Shown here: positions 35,005 to 44,257 of the stretch, one piece after another
Position numbering within the stretch: the first letter of the stretch is position 1
How the letters are laid out: every line of letters starts with the position of its first letter
From: Pseudomonadota bacterium
GTDB taxonomy: Bacteria; Pseudomonadota; Alphaproteobacteria; Rhodobacterales; Rhodobacteraceae
Assembly: GCA_038527425.1 (NCBI GenBank)
Contig: JBCBFV010000001.1
Span: 1 to 44,257 of the forward strand
Length of the DNA stretch: 44,257 nucleotides
Reading direction: 5' to 3'
The notes under the pieces: model-generated
The model's input: the letters and a program-made list of their open reading frames with translations, nothing else
The model's database searches: none
What the model was told of the DNA's origin: nothing
Translations under genes and position numbers: made by a program

Positions 35005-36036
35005 TTAGTGGGTTTTCGCGTTGAAATCGCGCCAGGTGCGGATGAGCACCGGGGTCAGCAGGATTGCCACGCCGATAATGGTCAGCACCGACGTCGCGCC
35101 CGCCGAGCCATAGAGCGGGTTACCGGCGGCGATGAGGTCTTGATAGATGATCGTGCTGAGCGAGCTTGCATGCGCCTCCGCCTGGAAGCTGATGATGGGC
35201 TCGAAGACGCGGAAGTTGTCCATCAGCTGGATGAGCGTGATGAAGACGACGAGCGGCATCAGATGCGGGACGGTCACGTAGATCGTGCGCTGCCAGCGGG
35301 AGGCGCCGTCGAGCATGGCCGCCTCCATCTGCTCTTCCGGGACGGTTTGAAGGCCGGCGTAGAAGACGATGAAGCTGAAGGGGAGCGACGACCAGATGCC
35401 GTAGACGATCAGCATCACCCAGTTGAGCGCGGTCGTGGATTTCAGACTGAGCGAGGGGTCGTTGAAGATATTCTGGATGGTCGCACCGATGATGCCGTCA
35501 CCGTCCACCATCCAAAAGAGGATCAGGGCGCCCACGAGGGGCGTCACGATCATCGGGAGGAGCGAGATAAAGATCGTCGGCCCTTTGAACATGCGCGGCA
35601 GGTTGTTGACGCCAAGCGCAATCGCGAGGCCCAGCACGATGACAAAGGGCGTCACGACCGCTGTGTAGGTTAGCGTGAAGGCCAGCGCTTTGTAGAAGGG
35701 CAAATCGAAGACGGCCGCCAGGAAGGATCCAAGCCCGGTGGACGACCGCCATGCCGCGGCAATCTCTGCCGTCGCGAGGTGGGCGCGGTTCATGTAGGTG
35801 CCAAGACCGTTGAAACGCCCGAGAGGTTGCGCCTCTCGCAGCTCCTCAGTGGCGTCTAGGTCGACCTTTGTGGTCTCGGTACAGCCGAAGGGGCCGCAGC
35901 TTTCAGAGACGACGAGGACCTGTTCGTGCTCCACATACATCGACTGCACAGCGACCGAGACGATCGGCAGCGCGATGAAGAGGAGCATTGCCGAGAGCGT
36001 CGGCAGGATGAACCAGAAGAATGTGCGATGCGGCAT
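35005..36036 (-). CDS. carbohydrate (CUT1) ABC permease, MalF-like
   Basis: AGLQTVPEEQMEAAMLDGAS; periplasmic loop with SCGPFGC. Confidence 0.92.
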   Translation of the reverse strand: MPHRTFFWFILPTLSAMLLFIALPIVSVAVQSMYVEHEQVLVVSESCGPFGCTETTKVDLDATEELREAQPLGRFNGLGTYMNRAHLATAEIAAAWRSSTGLGSFLAAVFDLPFYKALAFTLTYTAVVTPFVIVLGLAIALGVNNLPRMFKGPTIFISLLPMIVTPLVGALILFWMVDGDGIIGATIQNIFNDPSLSLKSTTALNWVMLIVYGIWSSLPFSFIVFYAGLQTVPEEQMEAAMLDGASRWQRTIYVTVPHLMPLVVFITLIQLMDNFRVFEPIISFQAEAHASSLSTIIYQDLIAAGNPLYGSAGATSVLTIIGVAILLTPVLIRTWRDFNAKTH

Positions 36037-36064
36037 GGGAAATCGCTTTCAAAGGCGATGGGGG

Positions 36065-36093
36065 AACCGGGGCCGTCAGGGGCGGCCCCGGTT
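36065..36093 (-). terminator. intercistronic stem-loop after the SBP gene
   Basis: AACCGGGGCCG / CGGCCCCGGTT 11-bp stem. Confidence 0.5.
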
Positions 36094-36114
36094 GGGCGCG
36101 GGAGAGACGCGCCT

Positions 36115-37365
36115 TTACTGAAGGAAGCCAGCTTCCTTCGCGGTAGTGATGTAGGCAGCTTCGATATCAGCGAGCGTGTCCGCAGCGGACTCGTCGCCTT
36201 TCAGGAAGTCTGCAAGCTCGGCGGAAGCCGCGTTATGCATCAGGTTCACGTAGGGGATCATCGGGTAGGGGCGTGCGCCGCCCTGTGCCGTCGCCGCCAC
36301 GCCGGCAGCCGCCGGACCCGGCATGAACCCGTCCACAAGCCAGATGGCATCGTCGTTGTGGTCTTCCATGAGGGCCGGGTTGAGCGCGCTCACGAGCGAT
36401 GCGAAGGCGGCCTCGGCCTCTTCGTCGCTGATGTTTGCCGCGATCGTCACGCCGTCCCACCAGAGCGTCGCCACTGGCGTGTCTCCACCGCCCACGGTCG
36501 GGGCCGAGGACAGGACAGTGTTTTCGATGACTTCAGGGGAAGATCCCTCGTCGTCGAGGATCGCGCCACCGCGGGAACCCCACATGATGCCCAGGGCCGC
36601 CTGACCTGCTTCCCAGAGGCCCTGCGTCTCGTTGGAGGCGTGGCTCAGGTAGTCAGGATGCGCGTATTCGGCGAGGGCCGCGATGGCTTCCAGTGCCGCG
36701 ATACCGGTCTCATTGTTGATGTTGGGCTCTGCCGATCCCGGCTTGAAGAGCTCACCGCCGTGGCCGAAGTAGAAGAGGTTGAAGAGCTCGCCCATGTTCC
36801 AGCCGGTGGCGTTCATGACGACGGGGTGCTCCATGATACCGGCCGCGCGGATGGCTTCGGCTGCAGCAACCATTTCCTCGACTGTGGAGGGGATGCCCTC
36901 AACGCCGGCCTGCTCCAGGATGTCGGTGCGGGAATAGAGGTGCTGCGAGTTGGCCATGAAAGCCACGGCCATGATGTTGCCGTCGAGCGTGATGAACTGG
37001 TTCGGGTTCAGATCGCCGCCGTACTTTGCGACAAGATCGTCGAGCGGGCGCACGAGGCCGTCGTTCATCAGCTGCGTCAGCGTGGAGTTCGCGACGATGA
37101 CCGAGCTGAACTGAGCCGGCGTCGGCGTCAGCGCTTGGTTCATCATGTCGCGCGTATCGTCACGCAGGTTAACGACGAATTCGGATGTCGCGCCGCTACA
37201 GTTTGCCTCGGCCGTCGCTGTCACGGCCTGAATCGCGGGGAAGTCGGACCCCAGAACGCGCACCGACTGGCCTTCGGGGCCGCAGTTTGCATGACCGCCC
37301 GCCAGTGCTGCCGTTCCTAGGAGCGTGGCGAAAGCTCCGAGCGCGATTGTCTTTTTCATGAACAT
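36115..37365 (-). CDS. carbohydrate ABC substrate-binding protein (SBP_bac_1/8)
   Basis: MFMKKTIALGAFATLLGTAALA signal peptide after GGGAGAG; AVAFMANSQHLYSRTD and TLWWDG. Confidence 0.9.
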   Translation of the reverse strand: MFMKKTIALGAFATLLGTAALAGGHANCGPEGQSVRVLGSDFPAIQAVTATAEANCSGATSEFVVNLRDDTRDMMNQALTPTPAQFSSVIVANSTLTQLMNDGLVRPLDDLVAKYGGDLNPNQFITLDGNIMAVAFMANSQHLYSRTDILEQAGVEGIPSTVEEMVAAAEAIRAAGIMEHPVVMNATGWNMGELFNLFYFGHGGELFKPGSAEPNINNETGIAALEAIAALAEYAHPDYLSHASNETQGLWEAGQAALGIMWGSRGGAILDDEGSSPEVIENTVLSSAPTVGGGDTPVATLWWDGVTIAANISDEEAEAAFASLVSALNPALMEDHNDDAIWLVDGFMPGPAAAGVAATAQGGARPYPMIPYVNLMHNAASAELADFLKGDESAADTLADIEAAYITTAKEAGFLQ

Positions 37366-37457
37366 TTTTCTCTCCCTGAAGATGCGAGAACGCATGACCT
37401 CGTGGGCGCAGCGCCCCCGGTCTGCAGGAAGGCTAGGCAAGCAAAGGGGATTCAGCT

Positions 37458-37473
37458 ATTGAATATACTTAAT
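37458..37473. promoter_or_regulatory. candidate LysR T-N11-A box overlapping the LysR start
   Basis: ATTGAATATACTTAAT; T37459-N11-A37471 with ATT/AAT arms in an AT-rich island. Confidence 0.4.
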
Positions 37474-38404
37474 GACAGATATTAATCAGGTGAATATCAG
37501 GCGCATCGATCCGGCGAGCCTGATGGTCTTCCTTTCGATGATGCGGCACCGCAAAGGGACAAAGGCAGCTGAGGAGCTGAGCCTTACCCAGCCCGCCGTA
37601 AGTCACGCGCTCAACCGCATGCGCGAAGTGTACGGCGATCCTTTATTCCTAAGGCGTTCCCACGGCATGGAGCCAACGGCCGTCGCGCGGGAGCTCGAGC
37701 CAAAGATCCGGGAAGTTGTGAACATCCTGTCTTTAACGCTGGCCCCGTCCGCGCCCTTTGATCCCAGCGACATTGCCATGGAGTTTCGCCTCGCCGCGTT
37801 CGATTTTGAGCTTGCAACGATCTTGCCGGAGCTTGTTTCCCGCCTTCAGGAATTGGCGCCTCGGGTGTCGGTCCAAAGCTTCCAGTTCAGCAACGAGCAG
37901 GCCTTGCAGGCTTTATTGGATGGCCGCATCGACTTGGTGGTCGGCTATTTTGAAGACACGTTTATCGACCATCCAAGTTTGACGCGGGAGCGGCTCTATT
38001 CCGAGCGATATGTGGCGGTTGCGCAGAATGATCATCCTCTCTTCACGGCGCCCTTGACGTTGGAGGCCTTTGCCGGAGCCGATCACTTGCTGGTTTCACC
38101 CTCGGGCTACAGGCGTCACATGGTCGATCATGCTCTACAGCTCGCAGGCCTGGGCAGGCGGGTGCGGACTGTAGTGCCTTCGCTCTTCACGGCGCTGGCC
38201 GTACTGGGGCGCACGAACCTGATCGCCTCCTTGCCCGAGAAGGTGGCCAAAGAGCACGCGGGGCGATTTGGTTTGACCCATCGCGAACTGCCCATCGCCG
38301 ACAGTTACTTTGGGCTCGATGCGGTGACCCATGAGAGGGATGCCAACAGCGCCGCGCATCAGTGGATGGTTCAGCAGATCAATGAAACGGCGCAGGCCGT
38401 TTAG
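37472..38404 (+). CDS. LysR family transcriptional regulator (NahR/DntR-like)
   Basis: AAEELSLTQPAVSHALNRMRE..GDPLFLR..GMEPT; divergent from the SBP gene. Confidence 0.92.
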   Translation: MTDINQVNIRRIDPASLMVFLSMMRHRKGTKAAEELSLTQPAVSHALNRMREVYGDPLFLRRSHGMEPTAVARELEPKIREVVNILSLTLAPSAPFDPSDIAMEFRLAAFDFELATILPELVSRLQELAPRVSVQSFQFSNEQALQALLDGRIDLVVGYFEDTFIDHPSLTRERLYSERYVAVAQNDHPLFTAPLTLEAFAGADHLLVSPSGYRRHMVDHALQLAGLGRRVRTVVPSLFTALAVLGRTNLIASLPEKVAKEHAGRFGLTHRELPIADSYFGLDAVTHERDANSAAHQWMVQQINETAQAV

Positions 38405-38494
38405 CAGCTGCCGGAAGGTGCAGGAAAACAGGCTTGTTGGAAGCACGGTTGCCCTGGCCCCCCGAAAGGAGCCAAGGCGGGAGGACCCGGATGA

Positions 38495-39543
<1,049 letters not shown>

Positions 39544-39544
<1 letters not shown>

Positions 39545-40806
39545 TACGCTTGTCCTTGTGAGGGCGAGGCCCATGCGAGCCAGATTGCTGCTGTCCAGGT
39601 GAAGGTCCCGCCACCGGCAGCGCCGCCGGTGTGGGGGTCGAAGTATTCTGCAAAGCCGTGGCGCGTGATCACGTCGGCTGTCGCTTCGCGCAAGTCTGCT
39701 GCGCGTTGGGTGAGCCCGCGTTCCTCGAGCCCTATGCCGATGAGGGCATTCATGATCCCCCAGGTCGGCCCGCGCCAATAGCGCTTGGCGTCGAAGCGGT
39801 CGGAAGAGGGGTCGTGGCTCGGCACGGGGTAGGTGCATATCGACGCGATACGGTCGTACTGCGCCTCCATCTCCGGGTGGTCGAGGCCGGCGTACCAGCA
39901 CAGGAACGAGGCGTTCGAGACGCAATTCGCCCATTCGCCGGACCGCGCGTCGCGAGCATCGTAGCACCCGAGCGTGGGGTTCCAGAGCGTCTCAGAACCG
40001 GCTTCGAGCGTCGCGATGGCCGCGTCGATTTCGCTGACGTCCTCGCCCAGTTCGCGGCCGAGGTAGGCCAGATCGCGCTGGGCCCGGAGCAGGATGAACG
40101 TCATTGTGGGGTCTGCCACGCGGAAGGGGTTCTCCTTCAGCAGCGCGGCCTCATCCCACTTCAGACGGCGACCCAGCTGAACGAGCCAAATGTAGCGATC
40201 GTAGTCGTACTTGGTCGGACGCATGGACGGGTCGACGTGGCTCGTGTCGCGGCGCGTGTATTCGCCCACGCCCACGGGATCGATGCCCGCCATGGCGCCA
40301 TCCCAGTCCGGCGTATTGTCGCGACCGGCTTCCCAAGGATGCGTGATGCACACCGCGCCTTGATCGAGGCGCCAATCCATGAACCAGCGGTGCCACGCGG
40401 CCATCTTGGGGAAGAGTTCGGCCATATGCGCGCGGCCTGCTTCGGGGTCCATATCGTAGACGCGGCGGGCAAAGCTGGCGGCTACGGGCGGTTGGCTGAT
40501 GCCCGAGGATGGGATCGGGCCAATGCCGGACCAGACGTCGGGTCCGGGGAAGTAGCCGGGATCGGCTTTGTGGAAGAGGATGTGCGGGACCATCCCGTTG
40601 TCCCACTGCCCGGTGAAGAGCGTGTCCATCTCGGCCCAGGCGCGGGGCAGATCGAAGGTAGCGAAGCCCCAGGCTGCGAAGGCCGAGTCCCAGTTCCACT
40701 GGTAGGGATAGAGGCCAGCCGTGGGCACGGTGTAGCCGCCCCGATCATTGCCGCGAAGGATTGCGCGGGCTTGTTCGTCCATAGAGGGCGTAACTTGCGT
40801 ATTCAT
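39544..40806 (-). CDS. GH63 glycoside hydrolase (mannosylglycerate/glucosylglycerate hydrolase-like, MGH1)
   Basis: [52 protein letters not shown] and FTWTAA. Confidence 0.9.
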
Positions 40807-42011
40807 CCTTTGACACTCCCGGCCGTGAGGCCCTTGGTCATGAATTTCTCGAGGCCGAGGAACAGCGCCATGACGGGGACGGTTGCGATAACCGCACCGG
40901 CCATGAGGTGTTCACGTGGGATCTCTGAAGAGTTGAGCGAGGCGATGCCGCGCGTCAGTGTGAAGATGTCTGGGTCATCGAGCAGCATGAAGGCCAAGAG
41001 GAACTCGTTCCAGGCGATCATGAAGACATAAAGGCTCACCGAGGCCAGCGCGGGCAGCGCCAGCGGCAGGGTGATTTTCCAGATCACTTGCAGGCGGTTG
41101 AGGCCGTCCATCAGGCCCGCTTCCTCAACCTCCGCCGGTAGGCCGCGGAAGTAGCCCTGCAGCATGTAAAGCGCCACGGGGATGGTCGTGACCGGGTAGA
41201 TCAGCACGATGCCGAGGATCGTGTTGCGCAGCCCGGTGACCGAGAAGGCGATGTAGATCGGCAGCGCCAGAACGATCATCGGCACCATGTAGATCAGAAG
41301 GATCGAGCGGGAGAACGCCGCGCGGCCTTTGAACTGCAGCCGCGCCACCGCGTAGGCACCCGGGATCGAGAAGGCCAGCGTGATGAAGACTGTCAGTACC
41401 GAGACGTAGAACGAGGTCCAGAGGTAGGTGCCGAAGTTAAAGTCCGCGAAAAGCTCCTGATAGCTGCGGAAGAGCGCCCAGCCTTTGTCGAGGTCCAGTG
41501 AGAAGTCGAGTGGGTTCTGCAAAAGCGCCGACTGTGATTTCAGCGAGGTCATGACCATGACGTAGAAAGGGATGAGCACGATCGCGGTGAAGAAGATGTA
41601 GCCAAAGCCGGTGAGGAAGCGGATCCAGGCCTCCTCCATCTCGTGGCGGGTGAGCGCGCCCATGGGGCAATCCTCCATGATCTTGGCCAGCGACCAGCCG
41701 CTGATCACCGCCAGCGCGCCCGCTGCGAAGACCGCGTTGAAGGCGCTCGTCTCCATGACCATCGGGCCGAAACCTACGAGGGTGAGAACAAAGATCACCG
41801 CTGCGATGGCCGCTGCTTTGAGCCGCGAGCTCATCTCCCAGCCAGCGCCCAGCCCCAAGACTGCGCCGATCGCGAGCGAAAGCCAAAGTGTCGGTCGGAA
41901 CGGATCGCCCGTGGCAAAGGACATGGTGATCGCCACCGTCGTCGCCAGAACAAAGATCCATACAGCGCCGATGATCGGGCCGGTGATGTATCCGTAACGT
42001 AGGAAGCTCAT
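40803..42011 (-). CDS. carbohydrate ABC permease (MalG-like) with extra N-terminal TM region
   Basis: LPAEVEEAGLMDGL EAA loop and [10 protein letters not shown]. Confidence 0.92.
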   Translation of the reverse strand: MSFLRYGYITGPIIGAVWIFVLATTVAITMSFATGDPFRPTLWLSLAIGAVLGLGAGWEMSSRLKAAAIAAVIFVLTLVGFGPMVMETSAFNAVFAAGALAVISGWSLAKIMEDCPMGALTRHEMEEAWIRFLTGFGYIFFTAIVLIPFYVMVMTSLKSQSALLQNPLDFSLDLDKGWALFRSYQELFADFNFGTYLWTSFYVSVLTVFITLAFSIPGAYAVARLQFKGRAAFSRSILLIYMVPMIVLALPIYIAFSVTGLRNTILGIVLIYPVTTIPVALYMLQGYFRGLPAEVEEAGLMDGLNRLQVIWKITLPLALPALASVSLYVFMIAWNEFLLAFMLLDDPDIFTLTRGIASLNSSEIPREHLMAGAVIATVPVMALFLGLEKFMTKGLTAGSVKG

Positions 42012-43246
42012 AGCCCTTCCTCCCGGCTGATGAATTTGAAGAAGAAGAAGCTGAAGCCGAGGAGGCAGGCGAAGATCACCACTGCCACCGCAGCACCCGC
42101 GCCGATGTTCGAGATCGCGAAGGCCTGTTCATAGACGTTCACCGTCAGCGTCCGCGTCCCGGCGTTACCGCCTGTCAGCAGGAAGATGTCGTCGAACTTG
42201 TTGAAGGTCCAAATGAAGCGCAAGAGGAACAGCACCGACAGGATGCCAAGGAGCATCGGCAGCGACAGGTACCAGAACTTCTGGAAGGGTGAGGCGCCGT
42301 CCATGTCCGCGGCTTCATACATATCGGTGTCGATCGACTGCATCCGCGCGAGGATGAAGAGGAAGGACAGCGGGAAATAGCGCCAGATCTCAAAGACCGT
42401 GACCATGATGAGGGCGAGCGGGCGTTCCCCGAAGAAGTTGATGGTCTGCGTGGTCACGCCCATCTGCACGAGCAGCGCGTTCGCCGAGCCCGAGAAGGGG
42501 TCGAAGAGGTTCACCCAGGTAAAGGCCACCGCGATCACGGGCGCCACGTAGGGGAAGAGGTAGAGGCCTCGCAGGATGCCTTGGCCCCGGAAGCTCTTGT
42601 TCAGCAAGAGCGCAGCGAAAAGGCCGAAGAGAAGGGCGCCGATGGTGCCGAAGACCGTATAGAAGATCGTGGCCCACATCACCGTCAGGAACTCATCCCC
42701 GTCAAAGATACGGGCGAAGTTCTCGAGGCTGAATTCGGTGTTTGTGAGGATCGAGTCCGCGTCGCCGGTGGCGCGGGCCTCGGTGTCGTCTTCGAGGGCA
42801 TCTTCGAGTGTTTCGAGATCGCCGTCGAGCGTCACAGGAATGAGGTATGTCAGGCGTTCGCCGGGCTCCAGCGTGCCGATGGTGCAGGTGAGCGCTGCGC
42901 CGCTGAGCTCACAGACCTCGGGCAATTCGCCGAGTGTCGCGCCAGCGGGGACGGTGTCGAAGAAGACCACGTTCTCGATCGGCGTGTCTTGGCTACGGTT
43001 TTGCAGGCGGTAGCGCACGGCCTGATCGGGGTCACCGGCGTTGCGCAGGTCCTCGCGGACGACAGGCGCGACGGGGCGCAGGTCAGCCAGGCCGATGGGT
43101 TTGAAGCTGATCCAGAAGATCGCAAGAAGCGGCAGGATCACGACGAGCGATACGATCGCAATCGTTGGAAAGAGCAGCGACCAGGCGAGACGCGCTTCGC
43201 GCTTCGCGAGGGGGCCTGTGCCCTTTGGTGCGGAGATGTCTGACAT
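42008..43246 (-). CDS. carbohydrate ABC permease (MalF-like) with periplasmic DUF11-like insert
   Basis: ARMQSIDTDMYEAADMDGAS EAA loop; ATG 43246 (track GTG 43258). Confidence 0.9.
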   Translation of the reverse strand: MSDISAPKGTGPLAKREARLAWSLLFPTIAIVSLVVILPLLAIFWISFKPIGLADLRPVAPVVREDLRNAGDPDQAVRYRLQNRSQDTPIENVVFFDTVPAGATLGELPEVCELSGAALTCTIGTLEPGERLTYLIPVTLDGDLETLEDALEDDTEARATGDADSILTNTEFSLENFARIFDGDEFLTVMWATIFYTVFGTIGALLFGLFAALLLNKSFRGQGILRGLYLFPYVAPVIAVAFTWVNLFDPFSGSANALLVQMGVTTQTINFFGERPLALIMVTVFEIWRYFPLSFLFILARMQSIDTDMYEAADMDGASPFQKFWYLSLPMLLGILSVLFLLRFIWTFNKFDDIFLLTGGNAGTRTLTVNVYEQAFAISNIGAGAAVAVVIFACLLGFSFFFFKFISREEGL

Positions 43247-43265
43247 GGCGCTTCTCACCGTTAGG

Positions 43266-43295
43266 GGCAGCCCCGGACGCGTGCCCGGGGCTGCC
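43266..43295 (-). terminator. intercistronic stem-loop after the SBP gene
   Basis: GGCAGCCCCGG / CCGGGGCTGCC 11-bp stem. Confidence 0.5.
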
Positions 43296-43303
43296 GGGTT
43301 GGC

Positions 43304-44257
43304 TTACTCGATGGCTGCGAGCTGCTCGTTCATCGCGGCGACAGCAGCGGCGGCGTCAATTTCGCCGTCGATGTACTGACGCACCACGCGGTTCACGATC
43401 TGGGAGTTGATCATCTTGGACGCCAGCGCCAGCTGGCCTTCCGCAACGCCCCAGCGCTGGGCCACGTCGAGGCCGCCCACGATTTCGTCGATCATCGACT
43501 GTTCGTAGAGGTCGCCCAGCGGCGCACGGCGGTCGATGCCCACGTCAAGCTGTGCCCATGCTTCCTGGAAAGCAGTCGGGTTATCGGCGTTACCACGGCG
43601 CACGGGGAACTTGCCCTCAGGCGCGATGGACAGCGTCTGCGTGTAACCTTCGTCCATGGAGAACTTCACGAACTCCATCGCGGCATCCGTGTCGGCGTCG
43701 TTGGTGATGCCGAAGTAACGAACGTCGCCCCAAGCTGCGCCATCCGGGTTGGACGGGCCAGCGAAGGTGGTCACGATACCGGTCTTGGACGCGAGCTCGG
43801 AGGAGGTCGGGTCGTCGTTGATCGTGGGCGGAGCGGAGTCACGAAGACCTGCAAGCTCGTCCAGGATGAACGGGGACCAGATGATCATGGCCGCCTGACC
43901 TGCGAAGTAGAGTTCGCGGGACTGCTGCCAGAAGAGTTCACCGGGAGGGGACGCTTCTGCGATCGCTTTGTAGAAGTCGAGGACTTCGGTCGTTGCGGCG
44001 AGGTCGAGCTCGGCTGCGCCACCTTCGTTCACCGGCGAGACGCCGTTGGCGAGGAAGACATGCTCGAGAACCTGGCTCATGAAGTTCTCGTCCACCTTCG
44101 TGGCGGCAACAAAGCCGTACATCTCTGGCGGGTTGTGAAGCGCCTCAAGCGCTGCTTCCACAGCAGCGTAGGAGGTTGGCGGCTCGAGGCCTGCTTCGGC
44201 GAACTTGTCCGCGCGGTAGACGATCATCTGCGTCCAGCCGTCCACGGGGCCGGAGGC
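43304..44257 (-). CDS. carbohydrate ABC substrate-binding protein, 5'-truncated by the window edge
   Basis: PVDGWTQMIVYRAD, YFAGQAAMIIWSPFILDE; no signal peptide within the window; heads the GH63 operon. Confidence 0.9.
   Translation of the reverse strand, partial: ASGPVDGWTQMIVYRADKFAEAGLEPPTSYAAVEAALEALHNPPEMYGFVAATKVDENFMSQVLEHVFLANGVSPVNEGGAAELDLAATTEVLDFYKAIAEASPPGELFWQQSRELYFAGQAAMIIWSPFILDELAGLRDSAPPTINDDPTSSELASKTGIVTTFAGPSNPDGAAWGDVRYFGITNDADTDAAMEFVKFSMDEGYTQTLSIAPEGKFPVRRGNADNPTAFQEAWAQLDVGIDRRAPLGDLYEQSMIDEIVGGLDVAQRWGVAEGQLALASKMINSQIVNRVVRQYIDGEIDAAAAVAAMNEQLAAIE

Overview
High-GC alphaproteobacterial chromosome segment; gene content and protein similarities point to a marine Rhodobacteraceae (roseobacter). 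From left to right it holds: (1) an HNH-nuclease/ABC-ATPase fusion gene (Septu PtuA/PtuB-like) that runs off the left edge and is missing from the ORF track; (2) a divergent aminotransferase / class II aldolase pair; (3) soeABC sulfite dehydrogenase, interrupted by a DUF6882 gene and two mini-ORFs; (4) pcaCHG plus a DUF849/BKACE gene; (5) a sitABCD Mn/Fe transporter with Mur/Fur boxes; (6) a Tet-type MFS; (7) a LIV-type ABC transporter; (8) CcdA and thioredoxin; (9) a LOV-like PAS-GGDEF-EAL protein; (10) a structured speF-like leader in front of kefF-kefC; (11) an MddA/ICMT-like methyltransferase, two oxidoreductases and a LysR regulator; (12) a soluble MCP; (13) a LysR-regulated sugar-type ABC plus tandem-SnoaL module; (14) a GH63 glycosyl-glycerate hydrolase ABC operon that runs off the right edge. 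No tRNA, rRNA, CRISPR array or transposase was seen. The best leads are the fused, apparently catalytically degenerate HNH-ATPase, the orphan speF-like RNA upstream of kefFC, the probable ATT start plus uORF of soeA, and the SnoaL/ABC module. All family calls are motif recognition from memory, not database searches.
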